Positions 28,301 through 42,260 of a stretch of 58,563 nt of DNA are shown one piece after another. The DNA comes from Nemertoderma westbladi (Eukaryota > Animalia > Xenacoelomorpha), in assembly GCA_032718475.1 (NCBI GenBank), contig JAUCBJ010004881.1, positions 1 through 58,563 on the forward strand, given 5' to 3'. Both the position numbers and the translations under genes were made by a program. Below the pieces are notes generated by a model. The model had not been told where the DNA came from and searched no databases. It saw only the letters and a list, made by a program, of their open reading frames with translations. Position 1 is the stretch's first letter. Every line of letters begins with the position of its first letter.

Positions 28301-31300
28301 GAATCTGGGTCTGGGAATAAGCGGGAACTATTCTATTAAACAACAAACAGCAGTATGGAATCTGGGTCTGGGAATAAGCAGGAACTATTCCATCATACAA
28401 CAAACAGCAGTATGGAATCTGGTTCTGGGAATAAGCGGGAACTATTCTATTAAACAACAAACAGCAGTATGGAATCTGGGTCTGGGAATAAGCAGGAACT
28501 ATTCCATCATACAACAAACAGCAGTATGCAATCTGGGTCTGGGAATAAGCGGGAACTATTCTATTAAACAACAAACAGCAGTATGGAATCTGGGTCTGGG
28601 AATAAGCAGGAACTATTCCATCATACAACAAACAGCTGTATGGAATCTGGGTCTGGGAATAAGCGGGAACTATTCTATTAAACAACAAACAGCAGTATGG
28701 AATCTGGGTCTGGGAATAAGCAGGAACTATTCCATCATACAACAAACAGCAGTATGGAATCTGGGTCTGAGAATAAGCGGGAACTATTCTATTAAACAAC
28801 AAACAGCAGTATGGAATCTGGGTCTGGGAATAAGCAGGAACTATTCCATCATACAACAAACAGCAGTATGGAATCTGGGTCTGGGAATAAGCAGGAACTA
28901 TTCTTCCATCAAACAACAAACATCAGTATGGAATCTGGGTCTGGGAATAAGCGGGAACTATTCTATTAAACAACAAACAGCAGTATGTAATCTGGGTCTG
29001 GGAATAAGCAGGAACTATTCCATCATACAACAACCAGCAGTATGGAATCTGGGTCTGGGAATAAGCGGGAACTATTCCATCATACAACAAACAGCAGTAT
29101 GGAATCTGGGTCTGGGAATAAGCGGGAACTATTCCATCATACAACAAACAGCAGTATGGAATCTGGGTCTGGGAATAAGCGGGAACTATTATATTAAACA
29201 ACAAACAGCAGTATGGAATCTGGGTCTGGGAATAAGTAGGAACTATTCCATAATACAACAAACAGCAGTATGGAATCTGGGTCTGGGAATAAGCGGGAAC
29301 TATTCTATTAAACAACAAACAGCAGTATGGAATCTGGGTCTGGGAATAAGCAGGAACTATTCCATCATACAACAAACAGCAGTATGGAATCTGGGTCTGG
29401 CAGTATGGAATCTGGGTCTGGGAATAAGCAGGAACTATTCCATCATAGAACAAACAGCAGTATGGAATCTGGGTCTGGGAAAAAGCGGGAACTATTCTAA
29501 TAAACAACAAACAGCAGTATGGAATCTGGGTCTGGGAATAAGCGGGAACTATTCTATCATACAACAAACAGCAGTATGGAATCTGTGTCTGGGAATAAGC
29601 AGGAACTATTCCATTATACAACAAACAGCAGTATGGAATCTGGGTCTGGGAAAAAGCGGGAACTATTCTATTAAACAACAAACAGCAGTATGGAATCTGG
29701 GTCTGGGAATAAGCGGGAACTATTCCATCATACAACAAACAGCAGTATGGAATCTGGGTCTGGGAATAAGCGGGAACTATTCCATCATACAACAAACAGC
29801 AGTATGGAATCTGGGTCTGGGAATAAGCGGGAACTATTCTATTAAACAACAAACAGCAGTATGGAATCTGGGTCTGGGAATAAGCAGGAACTATTCCATC
29901 ATACAACAAACAGCAGTATGGAATCTGGGTCTGGGAATAAGCAGGAACTATTCTATTAAACAACAAACAGCAGTATGGAATCTGGGTCTGGGAATAAGCA
30001 GGAACTATTCCATCATACAACAAACAGCAGTATGGAATCTGGGTCTGGCAGTATGGAATCTGGGTCTGGGAATAAGCAGGAACTATTCCATCATACAACA
30101 AACAGCAGTATGTAATCTGGGTCTGGGAATAAGCGGGAACTATTCTATTAAACAACAAACAGCAGTATGGAATCTGGGTCTGGGAATAAGCAGGAACTAT
30201 TCCATCATACAACAAACAGCAGTATGGAATCTGGGTCTGGGAATAAGCGGGAACTATTCTATTAAACAACAAACAGCAGTATGGAATCTGGGTCTGGGAA
30301 TAAGCAGGAACCTTTCCATCATACAACAAACAGCAGTATGGAATCTGGGTCTGGCAGTATGGAATCTGGGTCCTGGAATAAGCAGGAACTATTCTATTAA
30401 ACAACAAACAGCAGTATGGAATCTGGGTCTGGGAATAAGCAGGAACTATTCTATTAAACAACAAACAGCAGTATGGAATCTGGGTCTGGGAATAAGCAGG
30501 AACTATTCCATCATACAACAAACAGCAGTATGGAATCTGGGTCTGGGAATAAGCGGGAACTATTCTATTAAACAACAAACAGCAGTATGCAATCTGGGTC
30601 TGGGAATAAGCAGGAACTATTCCATTAAACAACAAAACAAACAGCAGTATGGAATCTGGGTCTGGGAATAAGCGGGAACTATTCCATTAAACAACAAACA
30701 GCAGTATGCAATCTGGGTCTGGGAATAAGCAGGAACTATTCTATTAAACAACAAACAGCAGTATGCAATCTGGGTCTGGGAATAAGCAGGAACTATTCTA
30801 TTAAACAACAAACAGCAGTATGGAATCTGGGTCTGGGAATAAGCAGGAACTATTCCATCAAACAACAAACAGCAGTATGGAATCTGGGTCTGGGAATAAG
30901 CGGGAACTATTCTATTAAACAACAAACAGCAGTATGGAATCTGGGTCTGGGAATAAGCGGGAACTATTCCATTAAACAACAAACAGCAGTATGGAATCTG
31001 GGTCTGGGAATAAGCGGGAACTATTCCATCATACAACAAACAGCAGTATGGAATCTGGGTCTGAGAATAAGCGGGAACTATTCCATCATACAACAAACAG
31101 CAGTATGGAATCTGGGTCTGGGAATAAGCAGGAACTATTCTATTAAACAACAAACAGCAGTATGTAATCTGGGTCTGGGAATAAGCAGGAACTATTCTAT
31201 TAAACAACAAACAGCAGTATGGAATCTGGGTCTGGGAATAAGCAGGAACTATTCCATCATACAACAAACAGCAGTATGGAATCTGGGTCTGGGAATAAGC

Positions 31301-34300
31301 GGGAACTATTCAATCATACAACAAACAGCAGTATGGAATCTGGGTCTGGGAATAAGCGGTAACTTTTCTATTAAACAACAAACAGCAGTATGGAATCTGG
31401 GTCTGGGAATAAGCAGGAACTTTTCCATCATACAACAAACAGCAGTATGGAATCTGGGTCTGGGAATAAGCGGGAACTATTCTATTAAACAACAAACAGC
31501 AGCATGGAATCTGGGTCTGGGAATAAGCAGGAACTATTCCATCATACAACAAACAGCAGTATGGAATCTGGGTCTGGCAATAAGCGGGAACTATTCCATC
31601 ATACAACAAACAGCAGTATGGAATCTGGGTCTGGGAATAAGCGGGAACTATTCCATCATACAACAAACAGCAGTATGGAATCTGGGTCTGGGAATAAGCG
31701 GGAACTATTCCATCATACAACAAACAGCAGTATGGAATCTGGGTCTGGGAATAAGCGGGAACTATTCCATCATACAACAAACAGCAGTATGGAATCTGGG
31801 TCTGGGAATAAGCGGGAACTATTCCATCATACAACAAACAGCAGTATGGAATCTGGGTCTGGGAATAAGCAGGAACTATTCCATCATACAACAAACAGCA
31901 GTATGGAATCTGGGAATAAGCGGGAACTATTCTATTAAACAACAAACAGCAGTATGGAATCTGGGTCTGGGAATAAGCAGGAACTATTCCATCATACAAC
32001 AAACAGCAGTATGGAATCTGGGTGTGGGAATAAGCGGGAACTATTCTATTAAACAACAAACAGCAGTATGGAATCTGGGTCTGGGAATAAGCAGGAACTA
32101 TTCCATCATACAACAAACAGCAGTATGGAATCTGGGTCTGGGAATAAGCGGGAACTATTCCATCATACAACAAACAGCAGTATGGAATCTGGGTCTGGGA
32201 ATAAGCGGGAACTATTCCATCATACAACAAACAGCAGTATGCAATCTGGGTCTGGGAATAAGCAGGAACTATTCTATTAAACAACAAACAGCAGTATGTA
32301 ATCTGGGTCTGGGAATAAGCAGGAACTATTCCATCATACAACAAACAGCAGTATGGAATCTGGGTCTGGGAATAAGCAGGAACTATTCCATCATACAACA
32401 AACAGCAGTATGGAATCTGGGTCTGGGAATAAGCGGGAACTATTCTATTAAACAACAAACAGCAGTATGGAATCTGGGTCTGGGAATAAGCAGGAACTAT
32501 TCCATCATACAACAAACAGCAGTATGGAATCTGGGTCTGGGAATAAGCGGGAACTATTCCATCATACAACAAACAGCAGTATGGAATCTGGGTCTGGGAA
32601 TAAGCAGGAACTATTCCATCATACAACAAACAGCAGTATGGAATCTGGGTCTGGGAATAAGCAGGAACTATTCTATTAAACAACAAACAGCAGTATGGAA
32701 TCTGGGTCTGGGAATAAGCAGGAACTATTCCATCATACAACAAACAGCAGTATGGAATCTGGGTCTGGCAGTATGGAATCTGGGTCTGGGAATAAGCAGG
32801 AACTATTCCATCATAGAACAAACAGCAGTATGGAATCTGGGTCTGGGAAAAAGCGGGAACTATTCTAATAAACAACAAACAGCAGTATGGAATCTGGGTC
32901 TGGGAATAAGCGGGAACTATTCTATCATACAACAAACAGCAGTATGGAATCTGTGTCTGGGAATAAGCAGGAACTATTCCATTATACAACAAACAGCAGT
33001 ATGGAATCTGGGTCTGGGAAAAAGCGGGAACTATTCTATTAAACAACAAACAGCAGTATGGAATCTGGGTCTGGGAATAAGCGGGAACTATTCCATCATA
33101 CAACAAACAGCAGTATGGAATCTGGGTCTGGGAATAAGCGGGAACTATTCCATCATACAACAAACAGCAGTATGGAATCTGGGTCTGGGAATAAGCGGGA
33201 ACTATTCTATTAAACAACAAACAGCAGTATGGAATCTGGGTCTGGGAATAAGCAGGAACTATTCCATCATACAACAAACAGCAGTATGGAATCTGGGTCT
33301 GGGAATAAGCAGGAACTATTCTATTAAACAACAAACAGCAGTATGGAATCTGGGTCTGGGAATAAGCAGGAACTATTCCATCATACAACAAACAGCAGTA
33401 TGGAATCTGGGTCTGGCAGTATGGAATCTGGGTCTGGGAATAAGCAGGAACTATTCCATCATACAACAAACAGCAGTATGTAATCTGGGTCTGGGAATAA
33501 GCGGGAACTATTCTATTAAACAACAAACAGCAGTATGGAATCTGGGTCTGGGAATAAGCAGGAACTATTCCATCATACAACAAACAGCAGTATGGAATCT
33601 GGGTCTGGGAATAAGCGGGAACTATTCTATTAAACAACAAACAGCAGTATGGAATCTGGGTCTGGGAATAAGCAGGAACCTTTCCATCATACAACAAACA
33701 GCAGTATGGAATCTGGGTCTGGCAGTATGGAATCTGGGTCCTGGAATAAGCAGGAACTATTCTATTAAACAACAAACAGCAGTATGGAATCTGGGTCTGG
33801 GAATAAGCAGGAACTATTCTATTAAACAACAAACAGCAGTATGGAATCTGGGTCTGGGAATAAGCAGGAACTATTCCATCATACAACAAACAGCAGTATG
33901 GAATCTGGGTCTGGGAATAAGCGGGAACTATTCTATTAAACAACAAACAGCAGTATGCAATCTGGGTCTGGGAATAAGCAGGAACTATTCCATTAAACAA
34001 CAAAACAAACAGCAGTATGGAATCTGGGTCTGGGAATAAGCGGGAACTATTCCATTAAACAACAAACAGCAGTATGCAATCTGGGTCTGGGAATAAGCAG
34101 GAACTATTCCATCATACAACAAACAGCAGTATGTAATCTGAGTCGGGGAATAAGCAGGAACTATTCTATTAAACAACAAACAGCAGTATGTAATCTGAGT
34201 CGGGGAATAAGCAGGAACTATTCTTCCATCAAACAACAAACATCAGCATGGAATCTGGGTCTGGGAATAAGCGGGAACTATTCTATTAAACAACAAACAG

Positions 34301-37300
34301 CAGTATGTAATCTGAGTCGGGGAATAAGCAGGAACTATTCTATTAAACAACAAACAACAGTATGTAATCTGAGTCGGGGAATAAGCAGGAACTATTCTTC
34401 CATCAAACAACAAACAGCAGTATGGAATCTGGGTCTGGGAATAAGCAGGAACTATTCCATTAAACAACAAACAGCAGTATGGAATCTGGGTCTGGGAATA
34501 AGCAGGAACTATTCCATCATACAACAAACAGCAGTATGGAATCTGGGTCTAGGAATAAGCGGGAACTATTCCATCATACAACAAACAGCAGTATGGAATT
34601 TGGGTCTGGGAATAAGCGGGAACTATTCTATTAAACAACAGACAGCAGTATGGAATCTGGGTCTGGGAATAAGCAGGAACTATTCCATCAAACAACAAAC
34701 AGCAGTATGTAATCTGGGTCTGGGAATAAGCGGGAACTATTCTATTAAACAACAAACAGCAGTATGTAATCTGGGTCTGGGAATAAGCGGGAACTATTCT
34801 ATTAAACAACAAACAGCAGTATGGAATCTGGGTCTGGGAATAAGCGGGAACTATTCCATCATACAACAAACAGCAGTATGGAATTTGGGTCTGGGAATAA
34901 GCGGGAACTATTCTATTAAACAACAGACAGCAGTATGGAATCTGGGTCTGGGAATAAGCAGGAACTATTCCATCAAACAACAAACAGCAGTATGTAATCT
35001 GGGTCTGGGAATAAGCAGGAACTATTCCATCATACAACAAACAGCAGTATGCAATCTGGGTCTGGGAATAAGCAGGAACTATTCCATCAAACAAGAAACA
35101 GCAGTATGGAATCTGGGTCTGGGAATAAGCAGGAACTATTCTATTAAACAACAAACAGCAGTATGGAATCTGGGTCTGGGAATAAGCGGGAACTATTCCA
35201 TCATACAACAAACAGCAGTATGGAATATGGGTCTGGGAATAAGCGGGAACTATTCTATTAAACAACAAACAGCAGTATGGAATCTGGGTCTGGGAATAAG
35301 CAGGAACTGTTCTTCCATCAAACAACAAACAGCAGTATGCAATCTGGGTCTGGGAATAAGCAGGAACTATTCCATCATACAACAAACAGCAGTATGTAAT
35401 CTGAGTCGGGGAATAAGCAGGAACTATTCTATTAAACAACAAACAGCAGTATGTAATCTGAGTCGGGGAATAAGCAGGAACTATTCTTCCATCAAACAAC
35501 AAACATCAGTATGGAATCTGGGTCTGGGAATAAGCAGGAACTATTCCATTAAACAACAAACAGCAGTATGGAATCTGGGTCTGGGAATAAGCAGGAACTA
35601 TTCCATCATACAACAAACAGCAGTATGGAATCTGGGTCTGGGAATAAGCGGGAACTATTCTATTAAACAACAAACAGCAGTATGTAATCTGAGTCGGGGA
35701 ATAAGCAGGAACTATTCTATTAAACAACAAACAGCAGTATGTAATCTGAGTCGGGGAATAAGCAGGAACTATTCTTCCATCAAACAACAAACAGCAGTAT
35801 GGAATCTGGGTCTGGGAATAAGCAGGAACTATTCCATTAAACAACAAACAGCAGTATGGAATCTGGGTCTGGGAATAAGCAGGAACTATTCCATCATACA
35901 ACAAACAGCAGTATGGAATCTGGGTCTGGGAATAAGCGGGAACTATTCCATCATACAACAAACAGCAGTATAGAATTTGGGTCTGGGAATAAGCGGGAAC
36001 TATTCTATTAAACAACAGACAGCAGTATGGAATCTGGGTCTGGGAATAAGCAGGAACTATTCCATCAAACAACAAACAGCAGTATGTAATCTGGGTCTGG
36101 GAATAAGCAGGAACTATTCCATCATACAACAAACAGCAGTATGGAATTTGGGTCTGGGAATAAGCGGGAACTATTCTATTAAACAACAAACAGCAGTATG
36201 GAATCTGGGTCTGGGAATAAGCAGGAACTATTCCATCAAACAACAAACAGCAGTATGTAATCTGGGTCTGGGAATAAGCGGGAACTATTCTATTAAACAA
36301 CAAACAGCAGTATGCAATCTGGGTCTGGGAATAAGCGGGAACTATTCTATTAAACAACAAACAGCAGTATGTAATCTGGGTCTGGGAATAAGCGGGAACT
36401 ATTCCATCAAACAACAAACAGCAGTATGTAATCTGGGTCTGGGAATAAGCAGGAACTATTCTATTAAACAACAAACAGCAGTATGGAATCTGGGTCTGGG
36501 AATAAGCGGGAACTATTCCATCAAACAACAAACAGCAGTATGCAATCTGGGTCTGGGAATAAGCAGGAACTATTATATTAAACAACAAACAGTAGTATGG
36601 AATCTGGGTCTGGTAATAAGCGGGAACTATTCTATTAAACAACAAACAGCAGTATGTAATCTGGGTCTGGGAATAAGCGGGAACTATTCCATCAAACAAC
36701 AAACAACAGTATGCAATCTGGGTCTGGGAATAAGCGGGAACTATTCCATCAAACAACAAACAGCAGTATGCAATCTGGGTCTGGGAATAAGCAGGAACTA
36801 TTCTATTAAACAACAAACAGCAGTATGGAATCTGGGTCTGGGAATAAGCAGGAACTATTCTATTAAACAACAAACAGCAGTATGGAATCTGGGTCTGGGA
36901 ATAAGCGGGAACTATTCTATTAAACAACAAACAGCAGTATGTAATCTGGGTCTGGGAATAAGCGGGAACTATTCTATTAAACAACAAACAGCAGTATGCA
37001 ATCTGGGTCTGGGAATAAGCGGGAACTATTCTATTAAACAACAAACAGCAGTATGGAATCTGGGTCTGGGAATAAGCAGGAACTATTCTTCCATCAAACA
37101 ACAAACATCAGTATGGAATCTGGGTCTGGGAATAAGCGGGAACTATTCTATTAAACAACAAACAGCAGTATGGAATCTGGGTCTGGGAATAAGCAGGAAC
37201 TATTCCATCATACAACAAACAGCAGTATGGAATCTGGGTCTGGGAATATGCGGGAACTATTCCATCATACAACAAACAGCAGTATGGAATCTGGGTCTGG

Positions 37301-40300
37301 GAATAAGCGGGAACTATTCTATTAAACAACAAACAGCAGTATGGAATCTGGGTCAGGGAATAAGCAGGAACTATTCCATCATACAACAAACAGCAGTATG
37401 GAATCTGGGTCTGGGAATAAGCGGGAACTATTCCATCATACAACAAACAGCAGTATGGAATCTGGGTCTGGGAATAAGCGGGAACTATTATATTAAACAA
37501 CAAACAGCAGTATGGAATCTGGGTCTGGGAATAAGCAGGAACTATTCCATCAAACAACAAACAGCAGTATGTAATCTGAGTCGGGGAATAAGCAGGAACT
37601 ATTCTATTAAACAACAAACAGCAGTATGTAATCTGAGTCGGGGAATAAGCAGGAACTATTCCATCAAACAACAAACAGCAGTATGTAATCTGGGTCTGGG
37701 AATAAGCAGGAACTATTCCATCAAACAACAAACAGCAGTATGTAATCTGGGTCTGGGAAGAAGCAGGAACTATTCCATCAAACAACAAACAGCAGTATGG
37801 AATATGGGTCTGGGAATAAGCGGGAACTATTCTATTAAACAACAAACAGCAGTATGGAATCTGGGTCTGGGAATAAGCAGGAACTATTCTTCCATCAAAC
37901 AACAAACAGCAGTATGCAATCTGGGTCTGGGAATAAGCAGGAACTATTCCATCATACAACAAACAGCAGTATGTAATCTGAGTCGGGGAATAAGCAGGAA
38001 CTATTCTATTAAACAACAAACAGCAGTATGTAATCTGAGTCGGGGAATAAGCAGGAACTATTCTTCCATCAAACAACAAACATCAGTATGGAATCTGGGT
38101 CTGGGAATAAGCAGGAACTATTCCATTAAACAACAAACAGCAGTATGGAATCTGGGTCTGGGAATAAGCAGGAACTATTCCATCATACAACAAACAGCAG
38201 TATGGAATCTGGGTCTGGGAATAAGCGGGAACTATTCTATTAAACAACAAACAGCAGTATGTAATCTGAGTCGGGGAATAAGCAGGAACTATTCTATTAA
38301 ACAACAAACAGCAGTATGTAATCTGAGTCGGGGAATAAGCAGGAACTATTCTTCCATCAAACAACAAACAGCAGTATGGAATCTGGGTCTGGGAATAAGC
38401 AGGAACTATTCCATTAAACAACAAACAGCAGTATGGAATCTGGGTCTGGGAATAAGCAGGAACTATTCCATCATACAACAAACAGCAGTATGGAATCTGG
38501 GTCTGGGAATAAGCGGGAACTATTCCATCATACAACAAACAGCAGTATGGAATTTGGGTCTGGGAATAAGCGGGAACTATTCTATTAAACAACAGACAGC
38601 AGTATGGAATCTGGGTCTGGGAATAAGCAGGAACTATTCCATCAAACAACAAACAGCAGTATGTAATCTGGGTCTGGGAATAAGCAGGAACTATTCCATC
38701 ATACAACAAACAGCAGTATGGAATTTGGGTCTGGGAATAAGCGGGAACTATTCTATTAAACAACAAACAGCAGTATGGAATCTGGGTCTGGGAATAAGCA
38801 GGAACTATTCCATCAAACAACAAACAGCAGTATGTAATCTGGGTCTGGGAATAAGCGGGAACTATTCTATTAAACAACAAACAGCAGTATGCAATCTGGG
38901 TCTGGGAATAAGCGGGAACTATTCTATTAAACAACAAACAGCAGTATGTAATCTGGGTCTGGGAATAAGCGGGAACTATTCCATCAAACAACAAACAGCA
39001 GTATGTAATCTGGGTCTGGGAATAAGCAGGAACTATTCTATTAAACAACAAACAGCAGTATGGAATCTGGGTCTGGGAATAAGCGGGAACTATTCCATCA
39101 AACAACAAACAGCAGTATGCAATCTGGGTCTGGGAATAAGCAGGAACTATTATATTAAACAACAAACAGCAGTATGGAATCTGGGTCTGGTAATAAGCGG
39201 GAACTATTCTATTAAACAACAAACAGCAGTATGTAATCTGGGTCTGGGAATAAGCGGGAACTATTCCATCAAACAACAAACAACAGTATGCAATCTGGGT
39301 CTGGGAATAAGCGGGAACTATTCCATCAAACAACAAACAGCAGTATGCAATCTGGGTCTGGGAATAAGCAGGAACTATTCTATTAAACAACAAACAGCAG
39401 TATGGAATCTGGGTCTGGGAATAAGCAGGAACTATTCTATTAAACAACAAACAGCAGTATGGAATCTGGGTCTGGGAATAAGCGGGAACTATTCTATTAA
39501 ACAACAAACAGCAGTATGTAATCTGGGTCTGGGAATAAGCGGGAACTATTCTATTAAACAACAAACAGCAGTATGCAATCTGGGTCTGGGAATAAGCGGG
39601 AACTATTCTATTAAACAACAAACAGCAGTATGGAATCTGGGTCTGGGAATAAGCAGGAACTATTCTTCCATCAAACAACAAACATCAGTATGGAATCTGG
39701 GTCTGGGAATAAGCGGGAACTATTCTATTAAACAACAAACAGCAGTATGGAATCTGGGTCTGGGAATAAGCAGGAACTATTCCATCATACAACAAACAGC
39801 AGTATGGAATCTGGGTCTGGGAATATGCGGGAACTATTCCATCATACAACAAACAGCAGTATGGAATCTGGGTCTGGGAATAAGCGGGAACTATTCTATT
39901 AAACAACAAACAGCAGTATGGAATCTGGGTCAGGGAATAAGCAGGAACTATTCCATCATACAACAAACAGCAGTATGGAATCTGGGTCTGGGAATAAGCG
40001 GGAACTATTCCATCATACAACAAACAGCAGTATGGAATCTGGGTCTGGGAATAAGCGGGAACTATTCTATTAAACAACAAACAGCAGTATGGAATCTGGG
40101 TCTGGGAATAAGCAGGAACTATTCCATCAAACAACAAACAGCAGTATGTAATCTGAGTCGGGGAATAAGCAGGAACTATTCTATTAAACAACAAACAGCA
40201 GTATGTAATCTGAGTCGGGGAATAAGCAGGAACTATTCCATCAAACAACAAACAGCAGTATGTAATCTGGGTCTGGGAATAAGCAGGAACTATTCCATCA

Positions 40301-40571
40301 AACAACAAACAGCAGTATGTAATCTGGGTCTGGGAATAAGCAGGAACTATTCCATCAAACAACAAACAGCAGTATGCAATCTGGGTCTGGGAATAAGCAG
40401 GAACTATTCTATTAAACAACAAACAGCAGTATGCAATCTGGGTCTGGGAATAAGCGGGAACTATTCCATTAAACAACAAACAGCAGTATGTAATCTGGGT
40501 CTGGGAATAAGCAGGAACTATTCCATCATACAACAAACAGCAGTATGGAATCTAGGTCTGGGAATAAGCAG
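7375..40571. repeat. 57-bp satellite array, ~33.2 kb, ~580 units, with higher-order repeats
   Basis: Consensus GGAATAAGCRGGAACTATTCYATYAWACAACAAACAGCAGTATGBAATCTGGGTCTG. The unit is 19 codons and gives the CCLLFDGIVPAYSQTQIPY (-) and GISRNYSIKQQTAVWNLGL (+) ORFs. Scattered stops and frameshifts occur in both frames. Confidence 0.99.
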
Positions 40572-40689
40572 ATGAAGTGAGAGAATTGATTAGCAGCTGA
40601 AGTTCTCGTGTCTACGTCATAATAACCGTTTACGCAGTAACAGCAAGTGGGATCATGCATAAAGCCATAATGCAATATAATGTACAGTA

Positions 40690-40849
40690 AGTAGTGTAGT
40701 TGTCGAAATCGCGCAAAGGTCCGCGTCTACTAACGCATCAACTGTGTCTCCTTGAATGGCTTACTACCGAAGAATTTACCAGAAACAGTGATTGAACTCG
40801 GTACCTAGAGATTCCAAGTGCAACGCTCTACCAACTTCGACACTGCGCC
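40690..40849 (-). mobile_element. tRNA-derived SINE (head clear, 3' boundary uncertain)
   Basis: Minus strand GGCGCAGTGTCGAAGTTGGTAGAGCGTTGCACTTGGAATCTCTAGGTACCGAGTTCAATC has A-box and B-box at tRNA spacing but no complete cloverleaf. Confidence 0.55.
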
Positions 40850-41366
40850 GTATGATGCCTTATTACTAAACCCTAACGGGAAATTAACAACAACACCAAC
40901 ACAGCGGAGTGAATACTAGAGGTCTGCTACGCGGACCTGAAAATAAAAATAATAATAATTCCGTTGGAGAAGAAAACCAATAATTAATAACTTTGTACTT
41001 TGTTAAAAGGTATTCTAGAAATAAAATTATTGTAAATCCGTAATTTAACAAAAAGTTAAAACCAATAAAAAAGTTAAATAAATAAAGTTAAAAACAATAC
41101 AGGTTAAGTTGAATCATGATGCCACTGAATTAATGAGCTCACAAGACCAATGCATGATTTATTTGACACCATCACACTACATGGTTTGTAATACAAATTG
41201 TAATGACTTAAACTAGATTAATTGCAGTGCTCACAAGTTTTTATGGTTTACATTTAGGTGAGCGTACACAACACTTACACACCTTCTTAAAAGTATGTTC
41301 TGATTGATATAAACCAACCAAAACCTGATGACAAATTTGCAATATTATTATGATACCGATACCACG

Positions 41367-41526
41367 CGCTCAGCTGCCCCCAGTGCTCAGCTGCCCCCAG
41401 TGCTCAGCTGCCCCCAGCGCTCAGCTCCCCCCCAGCGCTCAGCTGCCCCCAGTGCTCAGCTGCCCCCAGCGCTCAGCTGCCCCCAGTGCTCAGCTGCCCC
41501 CAGCGCTCAGCTGCCCCCAGTGCTCA
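41367..41526. repeat. 17-bp GC-rich minisatellite, ~9 copies
   Basis: (GCTCAGCTGCCCCCAGY)n; explains the ORFs at 41328 and 41350. Confidence 0.95.
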
Positions 41527-41990
41527 TCTCTTGCCTTTCTCGCCTCAAGTATTGCCCATGTTACCGTACAATATTTCAATTTTACCCCGCGTGGGGGTGT
41601 ATATTATAATATTATTATTATTATATTGTAGATTGTCTAGCTAAACTACAGTAATTGATAACAAATATTACGTACTTCCTCGCGTACTTACAGATATACA
41701 TTTTCAGACATTAAATATATAGTTTCAGAGTATTAAATAACACATTTTCGGGGGTTTTACTTTCCATTTTCAGGGGTTTTAATTTCGAGGTCGTATAGGA
41801 TTACACAGCTCTTAGTGGCAACACTAGAGACATCCAACCCTGCTGGGGATGTATGGGCAAGATACATCATAGTGCACTACCCAAATAACAAATCTTCGTC
41901 ATTTTTTCTTTCTGAAACGTTCAAACTTACTCTTGTCTCAAATACAAACTTAATAAAAATGGCTAGTAGCTACTAATTAGTTATTATTCT

Positions 41991-42260
41991 ACTACAAGAA
42001 CTGACTACCTCTGGACCCTTAAAGTTCCCCGTTATAAACTTAAATATTACGGAGCTCGCTGCTTTTCGATCGCCGCTCCAACAGTATTCAACAGTCTACC
42101 CCTGGAACTGCAACCAACTACAAGGTTTTCTGCCGCGGATTAAAAACTCATTTATTTTCATGTGCGTGCATACCCTACTTAAGTAAGATTTGTTTTAAAG
42201 CGCCTTTGAACTGACATTTAGGTAAAGCGCTATATAAGTTCATGTTTATTATTATTATTA
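41991..42260 (+). mobile_element. 3' end of an L2/Crack-type LINE (5'-truncated)
   Basis: Translates LKVPRYKLKYYGARCFSIAAPTVFNSLPLEL, then after a frameshift LKTHLF, a typical L2 ORF2 C-terminus. Tail is GCGCTATATAAG followed by (TAT)n. Confidence 0.8.

Noticed and set aside
7373-40575. Giant ORFs (up to 2490 aa) as annotated protein-coding genes
   Set aside because: They follow automatically from a stop-free 57-bp unit, mostly start at non-ATG codons, lack unique domains and are broken by stops and frameshifts. Kept only as a hypothesis in findings
40915-40960. ACTAGAGGTCTGCTACGCGGACCT hairpin as a Helitron/Helentron terminus
   Set aside because: No partner end or second copy in the window
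41810-41830. TGGCAACACTAG resembling a hAT-type TIR
   Set aside because: No matching opposite end or TSD found
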